DNA of 64,000 nucleotides from TPA_inf: Saccharomyces (Eukaryota). Where the stretch lies: the NCBI GenBank assembly GCA_000146045.2, contig BK006940.2, positions 32,001-96,000 on the forward strand. Direction: 5' to 3'. Shown here in pieces: positions 22,697 through 36,400 of this stretch. The position numbers and the translations under genes were made by a program. The stretch's first letter is position 1; the number at the start of each line of letters is the position of its first letter. The notes beneath the pieces were generated by a model, which had not been told where the DNA came from, searched no databases, and saw nothing but the letters and a program-made list of their open reading frames with translations.

Positions 22697-23365
22697 TGTT
22701 AATTCAGTAAATTTTCGATCTTGGGAAGAAAAAAGCAGTAAGCGTGAAAAATCTAAAAGCTGATGTAGTAGAAGATCCTATTCTTTAACAAAGATTGACC
22801 TTTTCTTTTTCTTCTTGGTTTGAGTAGAAAGGGGAAGGAAGAATACAAGAGAGAGGAAAAAAAGGAAGATAAAAAGAGAGCGTGATATAAATGAATATAT
22901 ATTAAACAAGAGAGATTGGGAAGGAAAGGATCAAACAAACCCAAAAATATTTCAAAAAGGAGAGAGAGAGGCGAGTTTGGTTTCAAAACGGTTTATTTAT
23001 TTATGCAAGAGGACGTGGAAGAAAAAGAAGAAGGAAGAAAAAAATTTGAAAGAAAAAAACGCGTGGCGGGTAAAGAAGAAAATGGAAAATAGAGGCCGGG
23101 TGACAGAGAAATATTGAGGGTTAATTGGAAAATATGTTAGGGTGAGGCATATGTTTTTAAGGGTTTTGAGGATCCGATAAGGAAGAATGTAGGTTAAATG
23201 TTGTGCATTAATTGCTGTGGCAGCTTACCCGCTTCCCCACACATTTTGGTAGTATCTGTCCTCTTGTTATTGTTACTGTAATTGTGTATATATGTTCTCG
23301 CGTGTGTCTTATTTACTTATTTAGTTATTATATTATATGGGTCTGCAAGGTAGAGGCGCGCTTGT

Positions 23366-23986
23366 TCAACAGCAGCCCCCACCGGTGTTGGTTAAACTCT
23401 GTCCCTTCAGGTTGACGTTCCCTTTGTCTTCCTTCTTCTGAGTGGTTTCGTTCAGGTTTTGTTGGGACATACTTTCCTTGATTTGTCTAGCCATGGTTAA
23501 AAACGCATCCTCGACGTTGGTGGAGTCCAAAGCACTAGTCTCTAAGAACGGCATCTTATTCGCGTCCGCAAATTCCTTTGCCACGTCATATTCCACGACA
23601 CGCTTGTCCTTTAAATCACACTTGTTACCTACCAATAGCTTCAACACTGTTGAGGTTGCATACCGATCAATCTCTTGCAGCCACATCTTCACGCCGTTGA
23701 AGGATTCTTGGTCAGTGACATCATACACGATAATGATCCCATGCGAACCACGGTAGTAAGATGAAGTGATAGTACGGAAACGTTCTTGACCTGCAGTGTC
23801 CCAAATCTGTAGCTTTACAGTCTTGCCGTCCAGTTCTACAGTCTTAATCTTGAAGTCCACTCCAATTGTGGAGATGTAGTCGTTGGTATATGTGTCGTCC
23901 GAAAACCTCAAAAGTAAACAGGACTTCCCGACACCGGAATTCCCGATCAACAGCAGTTTGAACAGGTAATCGTACTCGCTATTCAT
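23366..23986 (-). CDS. YPT1: Rab1-family GTPase (ER-Golgi transport)
   Basis: 206 aa. P-loop [20 protein letters not shown], and the C-terminal GGCC prenylation motif. Confidence 0.97.
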   Translation of the reverse strand: MNSEYDYLFKLLLIGNSGVGKSCLLLRFSDDTYTNDYISTIGVDFKIKTVELDGKTVKLQIWDTAGQERFRTITSSYYRGSHGIIIVYDVTDQESFNGVKMWLQEIDRYATSTVLKLLVGNKCDLKDKRVVEYDVAKEFADANKMPFLETSALDSTNVEDAFLTMARQIKESMSQQNLNETTQKKEDKGNVNLKGQSLTNTGGGCC

Positions 23987-24335
23987 ATTAGTGCTTTTCT
24001 TGTTTTATTTATTTCAACCTGGGCCTAACAGTAAAGATATCCTCCTCAAAACTGGTGCACTTAATCGCTGAATTTGTTCTGGCTTCTCTTCTTTTTCTTT
24101 ATTCCCCCCATGGGCCAAAAAAAATAGTACTATCAGGAATTTGGCGCCGGGTCACGATATACGTGTACAGTGACCTAGGCGACGCCACAAGGAAAAAGGA
24201 AAAAAACAGAAAAAACAACAAAAACTAAAACAAACACGAAAACTTTAATAGATCTAAGTGAAGTAGTGGTGAGGCAATTGGAGTGACATAGCAGCTACTA
24301 CAACTACAAAAGCAAAATCTCCACAAAGTAATATA

Positions 24336-25709
24336 ATGAGAGAAATCATTCATATCTCGACAGGTCAGTGTGGTAACCAAATTGGTGCTGCATTCTGGGA
24401 AACTATCTGTGGTGAGCACGGTTTGGATTTCAATGGGACATATCACGGCCATGACGATATCCAGAAGGAGAGACTGAACGTGTACTTCAACGAGGCATCT
24501 TCTGGGAAGTGGGTTCCAAGATCTATTAACGTCGATCTAGAACCTGGGACGATTGACGCAGTACGCAATTCTGCCATCGGGAATTTGTTTAGACCTGACA
24601 ATTATATCTTTGGGCAAAGTTCTGCGGGCAACGTGTGGGCCAAGGGTCACTACACAGAAGGTGCTGAGCTTGTAGACAGCGTCATGGATGTTATTAGACG
24701 AGAGGCCGAAGGATGCGACTCCCTTCAAGGTTTCCAGATCACACATTCTCTTGGTGGTGGTACCGGTTCCGGTATGGGTACGCTTTTGATCTCGAAGATT
24801 AGGGAAGAGTTTCCTGATCGTATGATGGCCACCTTCTCCGTCTTGCCCTCTCCGAAGACTTCTGACACCGTTGTCGAACCATACAATGCCACGTTGTCTG
24901 TGCACCAATTGGTAGAACACTCTGATGAAACATTCTGTATCGATAACGAAGCACTTTATGACATCTGTCAAAGGACCTTAAAGTTGAATCAACCTTCTTA
25001 TGGAGATTTGAACAACTTGGTCTCGAGCGTCATGTCTGGTGTGACAACTTCATTGCGTTATCCCGGCCAATTGAACTCTGATTTGAGAAAGTTGGCTGTT
25101 AATCTTGTCCCATTCCCACGTTTACATTTCTTCATGGTCGGCTACGCTCCATTGACGGCAATTGGCTCTCAATCATTTAGATCTTTGACTGTCCCTGAAT
25201 TAACACAGCAAATGTTTGATGCCAAGAACATGATGGCTGCTGCCGATCCAAGAAACGGTAGATACCTTACCGTTGCAGCCTTCTTTAGAGGTAAAGTTTC
25301 CGTTAAGGAGGTGGAAGATGAAATGCATAAAGTGCAATCTAAAAACTCAGACTATTTCGTGGAATGGATCCCCAACAATGTGCAAACTGCTGTGTGTTCT
25401 GTCGCTCCTCAAGGTTTGGACATGGCTGCTACTTTCATTGCTAACTCCACATCTATTCAAGAGCTATTCAAGAGAGTTGGTGACCAATTTTCCGCTATGT
25501 TCAAAAGAAAAGCTTTCTTGCACTGGTATACTAGTGAAGGTATGGACGAATTGGAATTCTCTGAGGCTGAATCTAATATGAATGATCTGGTTAGCGAATA
25601 CCAACAATACCAAGAGGCTACTGTAGAAGATGATGAAGAAGTCGACGAAAATGGCGATTTTGGTGCTCCACAAAACCAAGATGAACCAATCACTGAGAAT
25701 TTTGAATAA
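24336..25709 (+). CDS. TUB2: Beta-tubulin
   Basis: 457 aa, [17 protein letters not shown]…, with the GGGTGSG tubulin signature and an acidic C-terminal tail. Confidence 0.97.
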   Translation: MREIIHISTGQCGNQIGAAFWETICGEHGLDFNGTYHGHDDIQKERLNVYFNEASSGKWVPRSINVDLEPGTIDAVRNSAIGNLFRPDNYIFGQSSAGNVWAKGHYTEGAELVDSVMDVIRREAEGCDSLQGFQITHSLGGGTGSGMGTLLISKIREEFPDRMMATFSVLPSPKTSDTVVEPYNATLSVHQLVEHSDETFCIDNEALYDICQRTLKLNQPSYGDLNNLVSSVMSGVTTSLRYPGQLNSDLRKLAVNLVPFPRLHFFMVGYAPLTAIGSQSFRSLTVPELTQQMFDAKNMMAAADPRNGRYLTVAAFFRGKVSVKEVEDEMHKVQSKNSDYFVEWIPNNVQTAVCSVAPQGLDMAATFIANSTSIQELFKRVGDQFSAMFKRKAFLHWYTSEGMDELEFSEAESNMNDLVSEYQQYQEATVEDDEEVDENGDFGAPQNQDEPITENFE

Positions 25710-25865
25710 TTAAGTTGCTTTCCTTTCTTTTTCTTACCTTTCTTCTTCTCTAGGATTGAAGCACTTGGAGCAAAATAAACAAAAATCAAAAAAACTAATT
25801 AAATATCTTTAAAATATTACCGTACGAAAAAATTTATACCATTCCCTACTGAAGTATGTAATTCA

Positions 25866-25908
25866 AAATATATATATGTATATGTATATGTACATATATA
25901 TGTATATA
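25866..25908. repeat. (TA)n/(TATG)n microsatellite in the TUB2 3' region
   Basis: Sequence reads atatatatgtatatgtatatgtacatatatatgtatata. Confidence 0.8.
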
Positions 25909-26000
25909 CTATCTTAACAACCTTTAACCTTCCGAGCTATTGATTTTTGATCCTCACTTCAGCGGCTAAAAAAAAAAAAAACACCCCGAGTATTAGTGAA

Positions 26001-26033
26001 TATAGATATATATATATATATATATATATATAA
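26001..26033. repeat. (TA)14 microsatellite
   Basis: Sequence reads tatagatatatatatatatatatatatatataa. Confidence 0.85.
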
Positions 26034-26781
26034 GGAGGCCGATAAAAAAGAACTTGCAATATTACGCAGATCAGGGATTTACTAAAAGAAAAGTAATAAA
26101 GGACTGCTGCTTCCAAAGAAAGAAGATTACAACATGTTGATGATTGTGGAAGCGGTGCTTATGGTATTCTACCTGTTTCCCCAGAATTTTGTTGAGAACT
26201 AATCATGAACAAAAAACTGTGTTTTATATTGTGATTTCCATAATTCCATTACAATTTTGTACCAAGCATAGGTCTGATTATCAACAATACGCTGCTTCAG
26301 TCCTTTTATTTAGCAGTACGTTGCTTGTTATTCCTTCATCATCTAGCCGCCATAGTTGGAACCCCGCGTGAAAAATGATATACATTTCGTATTCAGTGAT
26401 CTGGGGTTGCATGAATAAAAATTCTGGGTAAATTGTGGGTGGGTACACTTTGGCAAAGGCTAACCCCGAATTTTTCATTATTTCGGTTTTTTTTCTTTTT
26501 AATTTCAAGAAAATGGAAAACTTTAAGAATAACGACGTTGATTTTAGCCTCTCCGTGAAGATATTGGTAAAAAGATAGGTGTCGTCGATTATAGCCACCA
26601 GCTTTTACAAAAGATACCACCAGCTTGTGAATAGTTTTTAAGAAAGTCGCTTTAAAAGGACTACCTACCCCAGATCAGAAACAAAAGCAGATCTCCTGTT
26701 CATATACCATTTGTATTCTGCTTCTTTACATTTTATACATTCCTTGGATCAGTTCCTCCCCCTCTTTGATATTCACTCAAT

Positions 26782-29700
26782 ATGCTGAGACCGGCCTATA
26801 AATCGCTCGTGAAAACATCCCTGTTACAAAGACGGTTAATATCTTCAAAGGGATCTAAGCTGTTTAAACCATCTCCGGACTCAACAAGTACAATATTAAT
26901 ATCTGAAGACCCCCTTGTAACAGGCTCGTCCCCAACCTCATCTACAACATCAGGTATAATAAGTTCAAATGATTTCCCTTTGTTCAACAAAAATAGGAAA
27001 GACGCCAAGAGCAGCATATCCTACCAATGGAAAAATCCTTCAGAATTAGAGTTTGACCCTTTCAATAAATCGCATGCCTCAGCAGTAACCTCGATGACAA
27101 GAACTAGAGACGTTATGCAATTATGGTCTCTGTTAGAAGCATGCTTGCAATCGAATCTAATGAAAAGAGCGTTCTCTATATTGGAGTCACTGTACCTGGT
27201 ACCTGAACATAAGCAGCGATTTATCGAGGATTATAACATGTACTTGAATTCATTTTCCAAAAATGACCCTAATTTCCCTATTTTAAAAATGAACGAAAAA
27301 TTAACAAATGATTTGGAGACAAGTTTTAAAGACGTTAATTATAATGACAAAACTTTGGCAATAATGATTCATCACGCTTTGAACTTCCATTCAACGACAA
27401 GCTCGATGCTTTTGAAGCCTATAATCTCTGCCTACTTGAAAATGAGCGTGAATGGTATTAGGGAAATTTTCTCCTGCCTAGATATTTTGACCATTTCAGA
27501 TCTGAATATTTTAATGAATGACTTAAAGGTTATAACACCATCGCAACTGCCAAATTCTGTAAGACCAATATTAGAATCACTTACGCTATCTCCTACACCT
27601 GTAAATAATATTGAAAATGAGGAGGGTTTGAACAAAGTGGAAGCTGAGAACGATTCAAAATTGCATAAAGCATCAAATGCAAGCTCTGATTCTATAAAAA
27701 AACCTTCCTTGGATCCTCTTCGGGAAGTTTCATTCCACGGTTCAACAGAAGTCTTGTCAAAAGACGCTGAAAAGCTTATAGCTGTAGACACTATTGGAAT
27801 GAGAGTAATCCGGCATACTTTGCTGGGATTATCATTAACGCCGGAACAGAAAGAGCAAATTTCTAAATTCAAATTTGATGCCAATGATAATGTTTTGAAA
27901 ATGAAACCTACGAAAAACGACGATAATAATAATTCTATAAATTTTTTTGAAATTTACAATTCACTGCCAACATTAGAGGAAAAGAAGGCATTCGAAAGCG
28001 CATTAAATATATTTAACCAAGATAGACAAAAGGTACTTGAAAACCGTGCAACGGAAGCCGCAAGAGAGCGTTGGAAGCACGATTTTGAAGAGGCAAAAGC
28101 TAGAGGTGACATTTCAATTGAAAAGAATTTAAACGTTAAGTTGTGGAAATGGTATAATGAAATGTTACCTCTAGTGAAGGAAGAAATTAATCATTGTAGG
28201 TCATTATTGTCAGAAAAGCTATCAGATAAGAAAGGCTTGAATAAAGTTGACACGAACCGTCTTGGATATGGACCATACTTAACCTTGATTGACCCTGGTA
28301 AAATGTGTGTCATCACCATTTTGGAACTATTAAAGTTAAATTCTACGGGTGGTGTTATTGAAGGTATGAGGACCGCAAGAGCGGTTATATCAGTGGGTAA
28401 AGCTATTGAAATGGAATTTAGATCCGAGCAGGTTTTGAAAAGCGAATCTCAAGCGTTCAGAGATGTTAACAAGAAATCACCAGAATTCAAAAAACTGGTA
28501 CAAAATGCTAAATCTGTATTCAGATCATCTCAAATTGAGCAGTCGAAAATTTTGTGGCCTCAGAGTATTAGGGCCAGAATCGGTTCGGTATTAATCTCAA
28601 TGTTGATTCAAGTCGCTAAGGTATCTGTGCAAGGTGTTGACCCTGTGACAAAAGCTAAGGTTCACGGTGAAGCTCCAGCTTTTGCGCATGGTTATCAGTA
28701 CCACAATGGTTCCAAATTGGGTGTCTTGAAGATTCACAAGACTTTGATTCGTCAATTGAACGGTGAAAGATTGATTGCCTCTGTCCAACCACAATTATTA
28801 CCAATGTTGGTGGAACCCAAACCCTGGGTTAATTGGAGATCAGGTGGATATCATTATACACAATCTACCCTTTTAAGAACAAAAGACTCACCCGAACAAG
28901 TAGCATATTTGAAAGCTGCTTCCGATAATGGTGATATAGACCGCGTTTATGATGGTTTGAATGTTCTGGGTAGAACACCGTGGACTGTCAACAGAAAAGT
29001 TTTTGATGTGGTTTCACAAGTTTGGAATAAAGGTGAAGGTTTCCTAGATATTCCAGGTGCACAAGACGAAATGGTTTTACCACCAGCTCCTCCGAAGAAC
29101 TCCGACCCTTCCATTTTGAGAGCCTGGAAACTTCAAGTCAAAACAATTGCTAATAAATTCTCTTCAGATAGATCAAATAGATGTGATACGAACTACAAAT
29201 TGGAAATTGCAAGAGCATTTTTGGGTGAAAAGCTGTACTTTCCACATAATTTGGACTTTAGGGGACGTGCTTATCCTTTGTCTCCACATTTCAATCATCT
29301 TGGTAATGATATGAGTCGTGGCCTTTTGATTTTTTGGCACGGTAAAAAATTAGGACCTTCTGGTCTCAAGTGGTTAAAGATTCATTTGTCAAATCTGTTC
29401 GGATTTGATAAGTTACCCCTAAAGGATCGTGTTGCATTTACTGAGTCTCATTTGCAGGACATCAAGGATTCTGCGGAAAATCCCTTAACGGGAGATCGTT
29501 GGTGGACTACTGCTGATAAGCCATGGCAAGCATTGGCCACATGCTTTGAATTGAATGAAGTTATGAAAATGGATAATCCAGAGGAGTTTATCTCTCATCA
29601 ACCGGTTCACCAAGACGGTACTTGCAATGGTTTGCAACATTATGCTGCCTTGGGTGGTGACGTTGAAGGGGCTACTCAAGTGAATCTGGTTCCAAGCGAT

Positions 29701-30837
29701 AAACCACAAGATGTTTATGCTCATGTTGCAAGGTTGGTGCAAAAAAGATTAGAAATTGCAGCAGAAAAAGGAGACGAAAACGCCAAAATTTTGAAGGATA
29801 AGATTACCAGAAAGGTTGTCAAGCAAACCGTCATGACAAACGTTTATGGTGTTACCTACGTCGGGGCTACTTTTCAAATTGCTAAACAATTAAGCCCAAT
29901 ATTTGATGATCGTAAAGAAAGCTTAGACTTTTCTAAATACCTAACCAAACATGTTTTTAGTGCTATCCGCGAGTTATTTCATAGTGCGCATTTAATTCAG
30001 GATTGGTTAGGTGAAAGTGCGAAAAGAATTTCCAAATCTATCAGGTTGGATGTTGATGAAAAATCGTTCAAGAACGGTAATAAACCCGACTTTATGTCAT
30101 CCGTCATATGGACGACACCACTAGGACTACCAATTGTTCAGCCATATCGTGAAGAAAGCAAAAAGCAAGTTGAGACCAATTTGCAAACTGTCTTTATTAG
30201 CGATCCTTTCGCTGTCAACCCTGTTAATGCAAGAAGGCAAAAGGCAGGTCTTCCACCGAACTTCATCCATTCGCTGGATGCTTCACATATGTTGCTAAGT
30301 GCAGCAGAATGTGGAAAGCAAGGATTAGATTTCGCATCAGTTCATGATTCTTACTGGACGCATGCATCTGATATAGACACTATGAATGTGGTGTTAAGGG
30401 AACAGTTTATCAAACTCCATGAGGTAGATCTGGTTTTAAGATTGAAGGAGGAGTTTGACCAAAGGTATAAGAATTACGTCAAGATTGGAAAGTTGAAGAG
30501 ATCTACGGATTTGGCTCAAAAGATTATTAGAATCCGTAAAGATTTATCCAGAAAATTAGGAAGAAGTACTACATTAGCAGATGAAATTTATTTTGAGAAA
30601 AAAAGGCAAGAATTATTAAACAGCCCTCTAATAGAAGATAGAAATGTTGGTGAAAAGATGGTTACAACTGTATCATTATTTGAAGACATCACTGACTTGG
30701 ACGCACTTGAACTAGAAAACGGTGGAGATGAAAATAGCGGTATGAGTGTTCTTTTACCGTTGAGATTACCTGAAATCCCACCTAAAGGTGATTTTGATGT
30801 TACAGTATTGAGAAACAGTCAATATTTTTTCTCGTGA
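26782..30837 (+). CDS. RPO41: Mitochondrial DNA-directed RNA polymerase (T7-phage-like single-subunit RNAP)
   Basis: 1351 aa. N-terminal mitochondrial targeting sequence, and conserved C-terminal polymerase motifs such as …[16 protein letters not shown]… and …HDSYWTHA…. Confidence 0.95.
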
Positions 30838-31015
30838 GCCGTGAACTACAAACTAAAATTTATTTGTGTTATTTTTATTTAACTTGTACATATATATATA
30901 TATACATACTTAGCGTTTATCGTTTGCATTATTTTTCATTCTTTTTAATTGTTTATATTAAGTGTCTAAAATAGGAGTGACCCATGGTAACTAATAATAA
31001 TAATTGTGTTCACCT

Positions 31016-31993
31016 CTAATTATAAATAATTTTGCCCTGTTTTTCAAAGCTTTCAATTAACGGTAGCAGCGGAGCCATTTCCTTTCTGTCAATGATCTTA
31101 AACTCCTTTGCAAAACTAATGAAATGAGAGAAAAATGAATTCCAATGAGCTTCTAATGACAAGTGCACAATTTTGTCAAAGTGGTGGTGATAAATATGTG
31201 CGAATATCCTGAACATCTGTACCATGATTCTCTGCACATCTCTCGAAAATTGCTGCGGGAATGGTAGCCCATTTTTGGTCGGAAACAAGTTTTTATCGTT
31301 CACTTTGTTATTTATCCACGTGAGGGCCAAATCTATGTACTGACTAGCTGGCAGTGAAACCTGTCTATTGTTTGCGTCCAGCCATAAATAATCCGTGTGA
31401 GGGCCAGCGTTCATTGTTGGATACGCGTCAGGCGTTACGTACTCCGCTACTACTCCGTAAAATTGGTTCAAGTTTGTGAAGAATTCGAAAACGTTCAACG
31501 CTATCCACTCTCCCAGGTCCACATATTTGGGCAATTGTACTATTGTTTTAAATGAACCTTTCACTAAAGCAGTTCTTACGAACGGTTCGCTGAGAAACAT
31601 TATCTGTTGTGATTCTGATCTCTCACTAGCTTCTTGCTGTTGAGACTGTGGTGTGGTAGATGTCAATTGCTGTGATTGCGGCGTAGACTTTTGTGCGGGG
31701 AAACTTGTTTGAGAATGCCTCTTAGGCGAATGATGTTTATTTCTTAACGATAATCTGGAATTGCTGCTGTGGGGGCTTGAATAAATGGTGTTCATTGCTG
31801 GCGGCTGAGCAACATTAAGGGGCTGGTTTTTATTTTTCTTTGAGTTTCTTCCGAATGCTCTGTTTTGCAAAGTATACACGTAGGATCAAATGATTTGATT
31901 AGGTGTGTTGGCTAGTTAGTAAAATGATAACGCAGGTCCAGAAGAAAATAAAACGACAACAGTGTGAACATACTTGAAGTTGAAGAAGGACAT
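31016..31993 (-). CDS. MOB2: Mob1/phocein-family kinase activator (Cbk1 partner); two exons 31974..31993 and 31016..31859
   Basis: Exon 1 is ATGTCCTTCTTCAACTTCAA (MSFFNFK-). The 114-nt intron has GTATGT at 31973..31968, TACTAAC at about 31920..31914, and CAG at 31862..31860. Exon 2 continues …AFGRNSKKNKNQ… through the Mob domain. The spliced product is 287 aa. Confidence 0.9.
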
Positions 31994-32242
31994 GATGTGC
32001 TGATAAATGCTTGGTTGGCTTGCGGAATTGGGGTAGTTGCTTTTCTTAAAGTTTTTTGATGATCTTCGTGTTTCAAAAGCTAAAGCATTTCTTTTTCTTT
32101 TCTATTTTTCACTAATTTTCGTGAAGTGACATATTGCAAAAATAAAATATGTAAATCAAAAGAGGGACAAAAGGATATATTAAGGGTGGTGAATTATGAT
32201 ATGAATAGCATTTTATAAATTAATATACATGTGAGTGTCTAT

Positions 32243-32932
32243 TTATTCGTCATCCTCTTCTTCGTCAGCATCTTCAGGGGTGACTTGATAGAAAACCAAT
32301 TTGTATTGGTTTTGCCTTATAGAGACGAATCTGATCCAGTCTCTTAGCTGATTCTTCTTCAAATACTTCTTTGTTAGATATTTCAAGTATTTACCAGAAA
32401 ATTTGGCACTGGATACTACAGTGACTATAGAACCATCTTCAGTAACCTCAATGGCGTTCCCTAAGTTTCCTACGGCACCATCTACTTTAATATGATCGAT
32501 TAAGTACTTGGAATATGAAGCCGGATCGAAGACTCCGTTTTCAGTTGGAGAGGAAACGTCAACGGTTAAGGTTTTGATAACTTTTTGCTTTCTGGAAGTC
32601 TGTTACAGTTTTATGTTAGTAATCCCAACTGAGATGAAATCATCCTTGTCGTTTGGACGAGGAAAAAATGTCTGGCCTACTGCTATTAACAATCACTTCA
32701 TATAGCTAGAGAAAGCGCATTGCCTCTGTTAAAGCTATAAGGGGTGAATTTTTAAAATACAGAATAGCTGAATACATAAAAATGTAACTTCGAGATGGAA
32801 TCCACTAGTTCGCTGTGAAAGCGGGACTGTTCAATGAACTGTAGGAATAGACAAACTTTTTAAAGATTTTATTTTCTTTCATGTTCTCTAATTGTGACAT
32901 AGGAACGAAAATTAACGTACGTTTGGAGCCAT
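32243..32932 (-). CDS. RPL22B: Ribosomal protein L22 (eL22), B copy; exons 32921..32932 (ATGGCTCCAAAC) and 32243..32599
   Basis: Exon 1 encodes MAPN. The 321-nt intron at 32600..32920 has 5' splice site GTACGT, branch point TACTAAC at about 32626..32620, and 3' splice site CAG. Exon 2 translates to [29 protein letters not shown]…[16 protein letters not shown]. Confidence 0.9.
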
Positions 32933-33142
32933 TGTGGTTGATATTTGTGAAACGATATAGGTTTACTGTGCTACGGTGTTTTTATGATCCCAGATGTTCA
33001 AAAAAAATCAATAATTATCAATTAATCGTGTACTTTAATAATCCATATATGAATCATTTAGGTAATTAGCTCTTTTTTGCTTGAAAAATTCATCCATTCG
33101 GCTCGCGTTGTCTAAAAAAAAAAGTTTGGAAACTTTTTTGTA

Positions 33143-33178
33143 TAATTTATGGGTGTTATCTCTGAATATGTACGGGTG
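33143..33178 (-). promoter_or_regulatory. Two tandem Rap1-binding sites in the RPL22B promoter
   Basis: On the minus strand: ACACCCATAAATT (33155..33143) and ACACCCGTACAT (33178..33167). The second matches ACACCCRYACAY perfectly. Both lie about 210-250 bp upstream of the RPL22B ATG, the usual ribosomal-protein-gene layout. Confidence 0.6.
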
Positions 33179-33476
33179 TTGACATGGAGAAAGCAGTCTC
33201 GATATTTTGCCGACCTTAATGCTTTAAGAATATGAAAGGAAATGCGGTGCAAATAAACGATCCTATCGTGGTAGTAGGAAAGGGTGTGTACTACTAATAG
33301 AGAATTATACCATACGCTAGTTTGTTTCCGAGTTTGAATAGCTTCGTATTTTCCTTACTGGCTGGTACAGTTAGTTTTAGTGATTCTATTAGTGATTGGA
33401 AAGCATAGTGGAAGGGTTTCTCGAACGTAATAGAGGCAGAGTTAAAAGAGAAGATTAAACATTACAGTACTAAAAG

Positions 33477-36400
33477 ATGTCCGATTCGGAGGAAGATTTA
33501 GGTGTACAGTTGAAAGGCTTGAAGATAGCGAGGCATTTGAAGGAGTCAGGGGAGCATACTGATGAAGAATCCAACTCAAGCCCCGAACATGATTGCGGCT
33601 TGAGTAATCAAGATGATTTAACTGTTATGCATACACAGGCTAAAGAAGAAGTTTTTAAACGAAGAGAAGAAGACGGAACACGAACCGAAGATGCTTTACA
33701 TGAGGGAGAAGCAGGAAAAGAGGGCACAGGTTTTCCCTCATCACAGTCAGTGTGCAGTCCTAATGAAGCAGATAGCGGTATTGATCGGGCCGATAAACCT
33801 ATTTTGCTGGACCCTTTTAAATCTGTGCACGATACGGATCCTGTTCCAGGTACAAAGTCCAGGAGCAATTCAGACTCCGACTCTGATTCAGATGATGGAG
33901 GCTGGCAAGAGATGCCCGCTGTCTCATCGTTCAATATATATAACCACAGAGGCGAACTAGAGTTGACTTCCAAGGTTAGAAACTCAGAACAAGCCTCTGA
34001 GACGTCTCCCACAGTTCCTCCAGGAAAAAATTGCAAAAGTGTCAATGATTCTAGATTTGACTATACGAAAATGGCCGCTGAGCAGCAAGCCCAACGATCC
34101 TATCGAACAAATAAAAAAACAGATTTCCTTTTTGACCACAAAGTACTGAAAAAGAAAATTAACAGTTCGCAAACTTCCGTAAATTTGACTTCTTCCCCTT
34201 CGACTACATCCTTGAACAATGAAAAAAATAATGATGACGATGATGATGATTCTTATGACGAATATGAGGACGACGTGGAACCAGTGAACGACTTGAATCG
34301 GGACTCGCAGTTAAACATAACGAAAAATCTGCTATCTGATATGGAGAAGTTTGCCTACGTAGGTGCAATAAACATTTTGGCAAATCAAATGTGCACGAAT
34401 TTGGCTACGCTGTGTCTTTGTATTGACATTAAATCCCACAAGAAACTAGCACATAGATTACAGTTTACCCAGAAGGATATGGCTGCTTGGAAAACTGTGG
34501 TTTTATCACGGCTATATGATCATTTGGGGATATCTCAAGAAGAAATTGTTATGATTGAGAAGCTTTCTCTGCACAAAATCCAATTGGAAGATTTGTGTAA
34601 ATGTTTGAAAACCACTCAGAGCATTGATAATCCATGGGAGAATGATAGAGACCACGAAGAAGACGGTATAGAGGAAACTACGGAACGAATGAGTCCAAAT
34701 GAACAAAATGGCTCAGTACAGGCTAGTACTCCCGACCCAGAACAATCCGCAACACCTGAAACACCAAAGGCTAAACAATCACCGTTATCTTCGGACGTTC
34801 CAGGAAAAGTACTCGATCCGGAAAATGTCAAAAGCCAAGACAAATTAAATATAGATGTGGCGTGGACCATTATATGTGATCTTTTCCTAATATGCTTGCA
34901 ATCCTCCACCTATGATTCGAGGTCAAGGACTTTGTTGATAAATTTTGCCAAAGTCTTGAATATGACTAGCTTGGAAATTTGTGAATTTGAAAGACGAGTA
35001 ACAGATTCCTTAGACATGGAACAATCTACAGAAGATCAAGTATGGGATGAACAAGATCACATGAGAAATAGACGGAGAAGCAAAAGAAGAAAGAAAATGG
35101 CATATGTCGCACTTGCCATGGTAGGTGGTTCTTTGGTCCTTGGACTAAGTGGTGGTTTACTAGCCCCCGTCATTGGCGGGGGGATTGCTGCTGGTTTGTC
35201 AACAATAGGTATTACTGGTGCTACAAGTTTCTTGACCGGAGTGGGTGGTACCACTGTTGTTGCCGTTTCAAGTACTGCTATTGGTGCCAACATCGGTGCT
35301 AGAGGTATGTCAAAAAGGATGGGAAGTGTGAGAACTTTTGAGTTCAGGCCACTGCATAATAATAGAAGGGTTAATCTAATCCTAACAGTGTCAGGCTGGA
35401 TGGTTGGTAACGAAGATGATGTTAGATTGCCATTTTCTACGGTGGACCCTGTTGAAGGTGACCTGTACTCGTTATATTGGGAGCCCGAAATGCTAAAGTC
35501 TATTGGTCAAACGGTCAGTATTGTAGCTACCGAAATTTTTACCACCTCGCTTCAACAAATTTTGGGTGCCACTGTTTTAACAGCCTTGATCAGTTCTATC
35601 CAATGGCCGATGGCTTTATCGAAATTGGGTTATATTTTAGATAATCCGTGGAATGTTTCTTTGGACAGAGCTTGGTCTGCAGGCAAAATTCTTGCTGACA
35701 CCCTAATTGCAAGAAATTTAGGTGCCCGCCCCATTACACTGGTTGGCTTCTCAATAGGTGCGAGGGTCATTTTTTCTTGTTTAATCGAATTGTGCAAGAA
35801 AAAGGCTCTAGGTTTGATTGAAAACGTTTATCTATTCGGTACACCAGCTGTCATGAAAAAGGAGCAACTAGTCATGGCAAGATCTGTAGTTAGTGGGAGG
35901 TTTGTAAATGGTTATTCGGATAAAGATTGGTTTTTAGCATATTTATTTAGAGCTGCTGCTGGTGGATTTAGTGCTGTTATGGGTATTTCTACGATAGAAA
36001 ACGTTGAAGGTATCGAGAATATTAATTGCACTGAATTTGTTGATGGTCATTTGAATTATCGTAAAAGCATGCCTAAGTTATTAAAAAGAATTGGTATTGC
36101 TGTTTTAAGTGAGGAGTTTGTCGAGATAGAGGAGATGATGAACCCAGAAGAAGTGAAAAGAAAAAGGAAATTAATAAATGATGTCGATGCAGCCCAAAAA
36201 AAACTAAGTGAAAGAAAAAAGCATAACAGTTGGGTGCCGAAGTGGTTGAAACCGAAGAAATCCAAATGGAAGGTCATGGTCGAAGAAGCTGTCGAAGAAG
36301 GAAGAGATATGCAAGACCTACCAGAAAATGACGTCAATAACAATGAAAACGAAAATCCAGATGAACATGAAGGGATAGCAAGGCAAAAACGCAGAGATGC

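Noticed and set aside
22800-23100. Purine-rich GA tract (aaaggggaaggaagaa…gagagagag) upstream of ACT1 as a possible novel element
   Set aside because: This is the pyrimidine-rich (sense-strand) ACT1 promoter/5' region typical of highly expressed yeast genes. It is not a repeat family or a coding feature.
25457-25789. 110-aa antisense ORF at the TUB2 3' end (also 24537..24971)
   Set aside because: It overlaps the conserved tubulin CDS with no independent support.
31860-31879. ORF-track MOB2 start MYTLQNRAFGR… at 31879
   Set aside because: The same intron read-through artefact. The true N-terminus MSFFNFK is encoded by exon 1 at 31974..31993.
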